Assembly: GCF_963921235.1 (NCBI RefSeq)
Contig: NC_086109.1
Location: 12,896,001-12,960,000, forward strand
DNA length: 64,000 nucleotides
DNA from: Mobula hypostoma
Lineage: Eukaryota
Reading direction: 5' to 3'
Each line of letters opens with the position of its first letter. Within the stretch, counting starts at the first letter, position 1. Below the pieces are notes generated by a model. That model was given only the letters and a program-made list of their open reading frames with translations, was not told the origin of the DNA and ran no database searches. A program made the translations under genes and the position numbers. Below, piece after piece: positions 26,087 to 37,789 of this stretch.

Positions 26087-26407
26087 AACCGGTGTCTGAT
26101 TCTGTGCTTCAATTTCTCTTTTCTGCAAATGTCTCGTGTGGTGGGGGCTCCGTGTCAGTGTCCTGTGAGTCTGTCCAGGGATCCCTTCCCATTCAGTACA
26201 CGTGGTATGAAAACATCTCCTCTGTGGATTCAAAGATCCCAAACTCAACTAAACTGAATTTAAGTTGTCAATCCTTCAAACACCAGCACCATCAATATTA
26301 CTGCACAGCCTCAAATATTCATGGAGCAAAGACTAGTGAAATAGTGAATGTGTCCATATAAAACAGAGGAGACAACTGCAGTTTTGTGATTCGATTCACT
26401 GGCACTG
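26087..26407 (+). CDS. Ig C2-type exon subtype b (unit 2), in-frame TAA at end of the Ig fold
   Basis: EPVSDSVLQF...CESVQGSLPIQYTWY...YYCTASN...VNVSI then TAA at 26359-26361; homologous codons continue to G|GTAAG donor at 26408; acceptor is cctaag. Confidence 0.82.
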
Positions 26408-29082
26408 GTAAGTGGTGGAGGGTGTGAATCATTAGGGAGATTGATTGAGTATCATGTACCGTTTGCAAGATTCAAGATTGCTTAATGTCATTTCCAATAC
26501 ACAAGTGCCAGGAGAACAAAATAATTGTTACTCTGGATCTGATGCAGCACAAATAAAACAGTCTAAGATATAGATCACAGTCATAAATAAACACAATAAA
26601 TATAAATACAAAAGGCACTTTATATACATTTATTGCATGTTCATAAAGTGCCACTAGGCACAATTGTGCTTGTAACTCAGGTGGCTGATATGAAATGATA
26701 AAGTAGTGGTGGTGGGTTTTGTGGAGGGCTGAGTAGTGGTGTGGGAGTGTTAATCTATGTTCTTAAGGCTGCATTCAAGCATTTCTGGAATATTCTGTCT
26801 CTGCTGTGACAAGTCTTGCAGAGAATGTCATGCCATGTTCAGTAGCTGAGAAGTGAGACTTAAACCAGAGGGTATCCTATCTTGCTGAGTATGGTAGCTT
26901 TGTATCTAAGTGGCTGATGTTTCTGGTTGCTGACTGAGATTTTCTCATCTTTGAAAAACAGCAAATACCCAAACTCGCTTCTTGTAGATTTCTAAAGTTT
27001 CTAGTGGTTTGCTTCATGGAAAATAGAGGGAATTGAACAGGTTAAACCACGTAAGAACTCAGGAAGAATGGCTGCAGCAGACCAATCAAATGTTGAAAGT
27101 GGATGTGAAGAGAATGTTTCTGTTGGTGGGGTAGCCGAGGACTAGTGGGCACAAACTCAAAAGAGAGGGATGTCCACTTAGGACAGAGATGAGGAGCAAT
27201 TTCCTTACCAGAGGTTGGTGAGACAGGAATTTGTTGCCACAAGCGATGGTGGAAGCCATGTCACTGAGTGTCTTTAAGCCAGTAGTTGATTGGTTCTTAA
27301 TTAACCAGGGCATGAAAGGTAATGGAGAGAAGGCAGGAGAATGGGGTTGAGAAGACAATTCATCAGTTATGATAAAATGGTGGACCAGGCTTGATGGGCT
27401 GAAGGTCTAATTCTGCTTCTACGTCTTCTGATCCTTGTAGTCTTATGGACATAGACAGGATGCAGAATGGAGTTCTATCTGGAAAAGTGTGAAGGTATAC
27501 ATTTTGGAAGATGACATTTGAAGGCAGAGTACTGTATCAGCACATATACAGAAAAGGGAAATGGGACTAATACAATAGGTGGAACTAGCTCAGGCAGGTC
27601 AGTGTGAATGAGTCGAGCTGAAGGGCCTGATCCCATACTGTATAACTCTATGATGTTTACTGACATTTGTCTGCCCACTATTAGAACAGGAACACAAGAG
27701 ATTCTGCAGCTGATGGACAACAAGAGCAACATATCCAAAATGATGGAGGAACTCAGCATCTATGCAAAGGAATAAACAGTAAGCGTTTCAGGCCAAAATC
27801 CTTCATCAGAAAGGATTTTCGTCTGCAATGTCTACTGTTTATTCTTTCCGTAGATGTTGCCTGAGCTGCTGAATTCCTTCAGTATTTTGTATTATATCAG
27901 GAGTTGTCTTTTCATTGAGAACAGAAGCATTATCCTGTTGTATCAACAACTGTACTTGGTCCAGTATCTCCACATACACTCAGTGCAGAGATGAGTTCGT
28001 CCCTCTGGTGGATGTTGAGACCCCCAAGAACAGATCTCCCAGAGCTGGCAGGTGTCATTCGCCTGGCTGGAACTTTCACTTCTGCTTGCACAGGATTAAA
28101 TAGGGTTTGCAATCCCAGCGATCAAAGCCCCATAACTTCCCCAGGAACATCGGTGTTCAGATATATACAGGAAACAGAAATTACTCACCTCCATGTAACC
28201 AATCAGCCCTTTATTGAGGCATGAGTTTCCACACGTCAATCATGTACCCTTGCTTGACTGCACTTGGAAAACACGTGAGACTGAATTATCTTTCCTTGCC
28301 TCAATAGGATGTGAATATTCATGTGAAACACTTACAACAGTATCAACTGCAAGGTAAGTCACTTGATCCAGTTCTGCTTAAATGTACAATGTTCTCATTG
28401 CTGGTGATATGATTGGCCCTGTTCCTGTAAAAGAGGAGATTAAAGTGGAAATTACAAGTTTATTCATTTAAACTGAATGTCTGTGAGAATATTGTTTTCA
28501 TTTCCACATCCAGTAGTATAACTAATTCTCTACTACATGTTTTAAGACCAAGAATCCAAGGTAAATTAATCTCTCCAAATATTCTGCAATAACTTAGACA
28601 TGAAAATTGATATAGGTTTTTATTGGAAGTAGATTATTGGAACGGATAATGATAACCAAAGGGGATAACCTCACTCAATTTCACTTGTCCCATTATTGAA
28701 ATGTGCACGCAGCAAATTGACTCACTTTTAAGAACTCTTCATCTCATGTTCTCGATTTTTTTTCCTTATTTAATTAATATTATTATTTCTTCTTTTTCTA
28801 TTTGCACAGTTTGTTGTTTTCTGCACTCTAGTTGATCGCTCTAGTTGGCTGTTTTTTCATTGATTCTGTTGTGGTTATTATTCTTCAGATTTATTGAGTG
28901 TGCCCACAAGAAATTGAATCTCAGGGTTATATATGGTGACAGATAATGTATTTTGATAATAAATCCACATTGAACTTTAAGCTTCAGGGTTCAGATAATG
29001 CTGTTGTGTAACAGAATCATATGGTCCTAGAGTGGTACAACACAGACAAAGACCATGTGGATTTCCATTGCACATCCATCTA

Positions 29083-29493
29083 CAGAACACTGCAAATGTC
29101 TTAGGCACCCTTGATTTTTTTTTATATAGTTTCAGATGGCATCATTTCCAGAGAGCCCTGATCTCAAAATTGAGGCTGTCTGGGATTATCTGGAGAGACA
29201 GAACCAAGTGAGCAAGCCAAAGTCTGCAGAAGAAGTTAGCAAGTTCTCCAAGATGCTTGGAATAATCTACCAGACAATTTTCCTATAAAACTGCATGACA
29301 GTGTGCTGAAAAGAATTGGTTTTAAAGGCAAAGTGTGGTGACACCCAATATTGATTTGATGTAGTTTCTTCCTGCCAACTGCACATTATAGTTACTTTTT
29401 AGATATTTAAAAACTTTTTGTTTCATTATTTTTGAAAGCATCTTCACTTTACAGAATTATTTTCCATGTGCCTTAGACTTTTGCACAATACTG
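29083..29493 (+). mobile_element. Non-autonomous Tc1 deletion derivative
   Basis: TA-flanked TIRs cag..ctgcaaatgtcttaggcac / gtgccttagacttttgcacaatactg; SPDL..IEAVWDYLERQ remnant. Confidence 0.75.
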
Positions 29494-30768
29494 TATGTAA
29501 ACTCTATCTTCCAGCACCTGGCCCAGTGCCTTTATGGAGTTGTGACTTAAGATCTCATTCAGACACGTCACAAACACCGACTGTGATTCTGTTTCCACCA
29601 CTCTCTGGGTAAAAACAATCCCTTCAAATCCCTTCTAAATCTATGTCATCTTGTTTTATTCACCTCTGAGAATGAGGAAAATTGCTGTCGTCTGTCCAAC
29701 CTGTACATCTCATAATTTCCCATCCTTCAACTATATCCACTCTCCACCCCATCTGCTCCAAGGACAGCAAGCCTAATCTCTTGCTATAAAGTTTATCCTT
29801 TGGAAATAAGAATCATTTGTTATATTCAAAGGGTTGTCATGCAGTATTCTCCACGACTATTCCATCACTAGCCCTCTCCCATGCTGTGAGATGAGTTTTG
29901 TGTTTGCCAAACCCTAGGATGCTGCTTTCCCTTACTCTGATATTCATTGACATTCACTGACTCAAAGATTGCTGGCAGAGCAACAAGCAATAACATAACA
30001 TCTTGCAGGGTTAGCCAAAGTCTCAATAACAATAATTGGAGAAAAAATATCATTTGCAGATGACACTCAGACAGATTGTTTTTCAGACAGTGAATAGGAT
30101 TTTGAAGAATCTTGATTCGCTGGGTTTTTGGGCTGAGGAATAGCAAACTGGAGTTTAATTCAGAAATGTGCCAAGTTTTGTATTTTCAAAAGTCAAATCA
30201 AGTAAGACTTTCATGGTGCATGGTCGGTCCTAGGAAGTGTTGAAGATCAATGGGATCTTGGAATTCAGGTACATGGTTCCCTGAAAGTGGAGTCAGAAAA
30301 AGAAGGGGTAGTAAAGAAGGTTTCTGGCATGAATCCTAGTAGAGAAATTGGTAATCTGCTAAAAAAACAGATATTATTACACTGGATGAATTGCAGAAAA
30401 GGATTTCAAAGTTCAAAGTAAGGTATATACAGGAATATGTCACCATACACAACACTAAGATTCATTTTATCGTGGCATACTCAGTAATTCCAACAACCAC
30501 AACAGAAACAATGAATGACCACAATGCAAAATGTTGCTATTGCCTTGAGAAAATTTGGTTTTATTACAACTGATGATCAGGCTCTTCTCCCTTCTGCAAC
30601 CCACCATTCAGTCAACACTAGTTTACTCTTCTATTTGAAATTCTCTGCTCTGCTTACTTTGCACTCTCCACTTCATTAAGCTTACAGAGTAAACAAGAGA
30701 TGAATGTTTCAAATGCAAAACCATCTCAGTTCATCTCATCAGTTCTGTATCTCTTCCCCTTTGCTCAG

Positions 30769-30859
30769 TTTCATGATAAGGAAAATGGGCCGTTGGCTAC
30801 TCATCGCTCTGCTGATGATCTGCATGATTTCAGTCACATGGCTCACAAGGGAAACTAAG
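30769..30859 (+). CDS. Candidate transmembrane exon (unit 2)
   Basis: ctcttcccctttgctcag acceptor, AAG|GTAGG donor; FMIRKMGRWLLIALLMICMISVTWLTRETK; conserved paralog at 61657; needs phase-2 entry, so its link to the ectodomain is unresolved. Confidence 0.6.
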
Positions 30860-31699
30860 GTAGGCTTCTGGACATCAGTGGAATTTGCTTTGAAACATAC
30901 TCATCATTTAAGGGAAGAAATTTACTTTTTCTTATCCAATGGTCAATACAAAGCTATTTGCAGATGAAATTGACAAGATGTTGGCACACTGTATGTTTGC
31001 AGAATGCTTGATGCGAATATATTGGAGTCCAAGCTCCAGATACAACTGTATAGCAGAGTTCCCAGTGTCGATGAGTCTGATGATTTGACCGTTGCCTTTT
31101 ACAGAGATGCAATGAATCAGCTCCCCACAGACTGGTCTATAAGGTAAAGTGAAGGCTTCTGGATCACACAGATAGTGCTGGAATTTTGTACCAGGATCAA
31201 ATATTCATACCTCTTCAGAAATTGTGCAAATATAACATTTGTGGAGAATTAATTTCTCTTGTCATTCAATTGTTAACTTCATGAAGGTGAAAAAATAATG
31301 CTAGTATTCTTCACTACAGTGACATTATACATGGCGAATAGATCACATTCAGGCTCCTGGATTTTCTTGATGGAGTTAAGACCATAAGATACTGTGTAAG
31401 CAAAGGATCAGGATTAAGCCATTCATTGCTTCAAGTTTGCTTTGCCGTTCTATCACAGCTGATTTATTATCCCACTCAACGTAATTCTGCAGTCTTGTCC
31501 TTGAAGACTTTGACGCCCTTACTAATCAAGAACCTATCCACTTCTGCTTTAAATATACCCAATGACTTGGTCTCCACAGCTATCTGTGGCAATGAATTCC
31601 ACAGATTCACCATCCTCTGGCCACAAAATTTCTCCTCAGTTCTGTTCTAAAGGGATGACCTCTATTCCAGGACTGTCCTTTGATCCTAGCTATTGGAGA

Positions 31700-31749
31700 C
31701 TTCTGTGTATTTAATATTTAATTTCTATTTGTGTGATCTTGTGGGTGTG

Positions 31750-31804
<55 letters not shown>

Positions 31805-32880
31805 CTATATATATATATAAACTTTGTTCATGTAAATCATTCATTAGGGGTTAAATGTATAAATATGTGCCAGTGCAATGATGTATGCAATTCACGTGAT
31901 ACATGCAGCCCTCACTTGAAGTGAAGAATGAGGTTAGATCCACATTCCCCAACCCCTGTATTTTCTTTTGAATTAGTCTGATATTCTGAAGTTAGAAAAT
32001 GCAGCACTTGTGACAAGGTATTTTTAAAACGAACCTTAGAAGTCTGTTGACCTTTTGAAGAGCACCAAAAGAATTGAACAAAAAAAAAAGAAGCCCAGCA
32101 TATGCAGAGATGGTCAAGTTTAATAAAAGAAAAGCAGCACAGAACATGTTCTTCTGAAGGGAGAACATGATCAAGTTTGAAAAATGTCAGAAATTGGAAG
32201 AATTCATCCATTCATAAAGAGTTAGTACTGGGTGATAAACATAATTTAAAACAGCAGAAATAGTTGGCTATATCAGAAAGATTGGCTCGTTTGATTCCAC
32301 AGAAGATAATTGGAATATGTATACTGAGCTAATTCAACATTAGTTTGAAGCAACTGTAATAGACAATGAGAAATGTGTGCCAATTTTGCTGAGTGCTTTG
32401 TCTGTAAAGGCAAACAATTTGCTTCAAAGTTTGACTGCTTCAACCAAACCAGAAATTAGCTTTCATGATATTCTTAAGTAGTGCAGGAACATTTAGAAAC
32501 AATGTCATTGTTGATGGCAGAATGCTATAGGTTTCATTTGCAGAATCAAAAAGAAGGGGAGTCCACTGCGGCGTTTGTGGCTGAATTGAAGAGATTATCT
32601 GAGTATTGTCAGCTCAATGATGGGCTCGATGATACACTGAAAGATTATTTATTTTGTGGAATCTTACAAGAAAGCAGTCAAAAATGGCTCCTAACTGAAG
32701 CAGAACTCATATTCAAGAGAGAGCAGCTAAAATTGCTGTTTCAATGGAAACCACAGACAGTGATGCAATTGAATTGCAGTTAGGAATGAAAGTGAGTGTG
32801 AACAAATTGGAATGTCCAAACATAAACCGGTCAGGCTGATCAAATTCTGTTACGATTGTGTCAGGGGCTCACATTCACTA
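31700..32880 (+). mobile_element. Gypsy-type LTR retrotransposon 5' part (LTR remnant, degenerate PBS near 32002, gag 32262-32870)
   Basis: IGSFD...EHL...AECYRFHLQNQKEGES.AAFVAELKRLSEYC gag signature; (TA)n(TG)n microsatellite at 31748-31818. Confidence 0.7.
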
Positions 32881-32949
32881 AAGAAATACAGTTTAAAGGT
32901 CTCTACTTGTGCACCAATTGCCACATCTTCTGCAACTTCACTTCGATTC

Positions 32950-33400
32950 CCACCCCGCTGCAAATCTAGTTTAAACCCTCCCCCAACAGCATGACCAAAC
33001 CTCCCACCCAGGATATCGGTTCCCCTCCAGTTCAGGTGCAACCCATCCCATTTGTATAGGTTACCCCTTCCCCAGAAAAGGTTCCAATGATCCAAGAACT
33101 TGAAACCCTTCCCCACAACATCCCCTCAACCACTCATTGATCTGTGTTATCTTCCTGTTCTGACCTTCACTAGCTCGTGGCACCGGGAGTAATCTGGAGA
33201 TGACCACCTTGGAGGTCCTACCCTTCAGCCTCCTTCCTGACTCCCTAAATATACGACGCAGAACCTCTACCCCTCTCCTGCCTATGTCATTGGTACCAAC
33301 ATGTACCGTAACCTCTGGCTGCTCACCCTCCCCTTCAAGAATATTCCGCAACCACTCTGAGGCATCCTGAACCCTAGCACACAGGAGCCAACACACTATC
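32950..33400 (-). mobile_element. CR1 ORF1 SGNH-esterase fragment
   Basis: VHVGTNDIGR...FLDHW..FWGR..LYKWDGLHLN. Confidence 0.8.
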
Positions 33401-35137
33401 TCGGCCTGAAACGTCGACTGCACCTCTTCTTACAGATGCTGCTTGGCCTGCTGCGTTCACCAGCAACTTTGATGTGTGTTGCTTGAATTTCCAGCATCTG
33501 CAGAATTCCTGTTGTTTACACTATCCTGCTGTCTCCTTTGCCGCTGCAGAATCTCCTATCTGTCCTAGTTTATAGAAATGGAGTGAGAAAGACTAGCTTT
33601 AAAATTTCCAGTCCCTGTCCTAAGGTCTTAAAGGAGAATGAGCAATGGAAATAAAAGTTGGGTGTCGAATAAAATGAGTGAGCTGCGAACTTTTGCAGCT
33701 TGCATCGGTCATCAGGGCGTGAATCTGCAAATAGATGGTGTAACTTTTCTCAGTACTGATCTGTGACTGTAACCCATGAATGTACAATAACGGGTCTTGA
33801 AAATAAGATGTGAACTGCATTATTGTCGTGATAATCATGGTTCGAAAATACAAAGACTTATTCATAACTTTTCAAGTTCAATCTGTAGTTCAAGTTTAAC
33901 CATGCACATGTAACTAAACAAAACAATATTCCTCCAGAGCCAAGGTGAAAAACACAGTCCATACATTAACACACAGCACACACCACACAGCACATATAGT
34001 TAAAATAGCACATGGAGTCACAAAACTAAATAATTATAATAATATCAGTCCAAATCCTGAGTGACATGTTTGTCCTGAAGACTGATGGTGCAGGAGATAT
34101 TGTCCCGGAGTGACGTTTCTCCAAGAAGTATGCAGCAGCTCTTTTTGAACTTCGATAAGGTGCATGACTACTGTCCTTTTGTAACGCATGTTCAAGAAAT
34201 GGAGTGAGAAAGAGACACAAGATTGAAAATAAAATTGGTGCTGATTAAAATGAGTGAGCTACAAGTTATTGCAGCTTGCATTGGTCATCAGGGTGTAAAC
34301 CTGCAAACAGACAATGTAACTTTTCTCAGTACTAACATGTGTCTGAAAACCCATAAGTATACATACATAGAATAAAATGTCTTGGAAATAAAACAGAACA
34401 TGAACTGCATTATTGTAATTATAATCAGGGTAGTATATGGTGACATATGTTCTTTGATAACAAACTTAATCTGAACTTTGAACTTTTAAATACCTCATTG
34501 ACAAGGAGGAATATGACACAATATCCTTCACCTGCTGTGTGAGGATGTGAAGCAAAAACACTAGAGTCTGTTAGGAGCTCTTGACCTCTACAGGTCAGGG
34601 TTATCTGATGGGGTTTGATTAGCCTGAGATGATTCTATTTACAGTGGTCCCATTTGTGAATCTGGTCCTTTTAAACCCAAATTTATTAATAGTCTGAGGG
34701 AATGAACTTGCTCGTTTTTTTTTTCTGCTGCAAAACAGCAAATTTTACATCAGAAGACAGTGAAAACAAACCTGATTCTGATTCTGAAAGGGTCCCTTTC
34801 CCTTTCTGAGGACATCCCAAGGCAATTCTCAGTGGATATGTTGAGAACATCCATGCTCTTTACTTGACTTACAAAACAGAATTTAAGGAAGTACCAATGG
34901 ATGCCTCATGTAAACAAGTTGTTCCATCATCTGCCTGCAGTGTTCCATCACTTAAGACCGTAAGACCAGAAGACGATAATCCAGCAAAATAATTCAGCCA
35001 TTTCGCCCATCTATTTACTCTCCCATTTTATAATGGCTGATTTATTATCCACCTCAGCCCCATTCTCCCCATAACCTTCGACACCCTTACTAAACAAGAA
35101 CCACCAACATCCACTTCAAATATTCCCAATGACGTAT

Positions 35138-35575
35138 GTAGCGTTCTCAGTAATATTAACTGTAATATTACCTGTTAACTGCCAATAATTAAATGGCTTC
35201 TTTGTAGGTTATAATGAAATGGCTTCTCTGTCATGTTAACTGATGAGGTAATGTTCTTGGTAGCTGAGATGTTTGAGTTATAATTATAGATAATGGGGAA
35301 CTAACCAATGGAAGTCATGTCATTCTATCTGTACGTGTGGGAACCCGAGTGAGTGCGCGTGGATTTTCAGCAAGAAGAGGCAAAGAGGAAGGACGTGCAG
35401 GAAGCACTCTGGTAGACCACCGTGGTTGGTCCCAGTCCGAGGGTCAAGGAGTTCAGAGGAGATCGAATGGTGGAGAGAAGACTCTGTTCCTTGAGCTCCA
35501 ACGATTGTGCACAAACTGTTTAACTCCTGCAGCTTGCATTGCTCAACAGAGTGCCTAAGCAGCCTTCTTTTTCAA
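35138..35575 (+). mobile_element. Probable LTR fragment abutting the Gypsy element
   Basis: TGTAGC start, CCAAT box, LTR-like composition; second end not identified. Confidence 0.35.
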
Positions 35576-35579
35576 TGAA

Positions 35580-37050
35580 TTCCACAGCTAGAGAGCCATG
35601 GCTTCAGCACCAAGATGGAGTATTGCCCCCGGCAAGTCCACACAGGCACCCCCGCCCCCCCAGCGGGACAGCAGGTCCAGGCCAGTGATGCAGGATTCCT
35701 GGATATCACCGAGCCACACCTCATGCTCCACTGTGTTTCTCCCCACTGCGATGCGCAGGAACCGCACCCCTCTCATCGGCGCACACTCGCTGGTGACTGT
35801 GGGCAACTGAACGCCTTCGTTGTCCACCTAGGTGTGGATAGGTATCTGTGTTCGGGAGAACACAGGGACGGATGGCGGTGATGGTTGACCCCGTGTCCAC
35901 CAACGCACTGCATCTGATACCCTCCACCGTGCAGTCCACGTATAAGCCTTGCTCTTCACTCCAACGGCCTGCCCGGAGGGGCGACAATGGAGAGATTCTA
36001 CTGGAGGTCTCAGGTGAAGCCCCCCTGCTCGGTGTTTCCCGATGGCCTCACTGGGCTGTGGCATGGTGACGGTGCTGGTGCTGGTACGGGGCAGTCCCGG
36101 GCCAAATGGCCTGCTTCATCGAACCGGTAGAAGCGATCGTTTCGTGGCCTGCAGTGAGGTCGGCGCGGCACTGGTCGGACCTATCTCACAGGCTCCTCCT
36201 TTGCCTCGATCACACAATCCAGTGCTCACGGGGGGGGGGGCAGGGCGATGCTGGAATGCTTTGGGGCGCCAAAATTGCTTCTGCCCTCTCTGTCTTGGCC
36301 AGCGATGGTGGTGCTGTCAGGCAAACCTGCTACCGAAGGTGCTCCGGCATTTCAAGGATGTGGAGGACAAGCTCTTCCTGGGCTGCGGGAGGGAACTGGG
36401 AGGTAGCCATGCTGAACACAATGGATGAGGTTTACCATGAGCACCCCCTGGCTTTCTGCCAAAAGACACCGTCTGCTGCACAGTTCTTCCCTCATTGCTT
36501 CCACCAACGGCCTTTGCTTGAAACACCACTCCAGAGCTGCTGTGAGGGCCCCGCAGGCACGCTGCACAGCCAGTTGTTAGGTCCACAGGGCCCACAGGTA
36601 CTCCCCCTCCAGCGCCACGGAAAGGTGCACCGCCACCTCGGTGGGTTCTACCTGTTGTGCCATGAGGCAGGTTTGACTGGTATCGTTGTGTCTGGGAAGC
36701 TTCAGGATAGACCTTGAGGCATGATGCTCAGTTCCCAGGTCCTTCCTCTGGGTCTCATCTTCATGAAACCGATGTGGGGCGGGCATACTGCTCGGTCCCT
36801 CAACCTGTTCCCCGGGTCTTAAGGCTCTCTGTACGATGTCGCAGCTCTTCAATCTCATTATCAATCTTGTATCCCACTCCTAACACCAAAGTGCTGAGCA
36901 TTTGGTCCATAATGACAGACAAGGAAGCTCGTTAAACTCAACAACTGTTTTACTGTGATAAACACAAAACAGACCAGGCACCATTACCTGGAGAGTGAAC
37001 TCACCAGTCTCATACAGACGGGCAAGTGACCATCACACACCCCGGTTACA
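35580..37050 (-). mobile_element. Gypsy-type element: short 5' LTR (37050-36891), tRNA-Leu-type PBS (36888-36871), decayed gag and protease
   Basis: TGTAAC start; PBS TGGTGTTAGGAGTGGGAT; protease ALVDTGST and ILG-like CITGLDLL; no RT or 3' LTR seen. Confidence 0.75.
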
Positions 37051-37189
37051 GTTAGGTTGACCACAAATGCAAGCGAATAGCTGTATAACCCAAGTTAAAA
37101 TGTAACAATAAGTGAACTGGAACTTACCTCCATGATCCCACAAAAACATTTTAACACAAGAGCAATAAATAGTGCTGGTCATTGGAAAT

Positions 37190-37789
37190 ACAGGGGCGGG
37201 TGCCACAATATTATTATCACTTGCCCGTTAGGATTCTTTTACCTTAAGCTCTCCAATCAATTCTGGTTCATTGCACAAAACTCAATCCAGAATAGCTGAT
37301 CCCCTAGTGGGCTCTGCCACAAGCTGCTCTAAAAAACTACCTCATAGGCACTCTAGAAATTCTCCCTCGGAATCCAGCACCGACCTGATTTTCCCAATCT
37401 ACCTGCATATTGAAGTCCCTCATGATTGTTGTAACATTGCCCTTTTGGCATGCATTTTCTATCTCCTGTTGTAACTTGCAGACCATATCCTTACTACTGT
37501 TTGGGAGTCTGTATACAACTCCCTTCAGGGTCTTTTTACCTTTGCAGTTTCTTATCTCTATCCACAATGCTTCAACACTGTCTGACCATATGTCACCTAT
37601 TTCTAATGATTTGACTTCATTTTTTATCAACAGAGCTAACCACCCCCTCTGCCTTCCTGCCTGTCCTTTCGATTCAATGTGTATCCTTATACATTAAGCT
37701 CCCAGCTATGATCTTCTTTCACCCGTGATTCAGAGATACCTGCAACATCGGACCTGCCAATCTGCAACTGGGCTGCAAGCTCATCTACC
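37190..37789 (-). mobile_element. CR1 endonuclease-region fragment
   Basis: VEALWIEIRN.KGKKTL.GVVYR.PNSS...DFNMQVDW. Confidence 0.8.

Noticed and set aside
30785-30859. MGRWLLIALLMICMISVT as a signal peptide
   Set aside because: Ends in phase 0 whereas V exons need phase 1; real leaders were found at 7627, 20035 and 40433; its position after C2b fits a TM
36106-36717. 203-aa plus-strand ORF
   Set aside because: Antisense to the decayed Gypsy gag region
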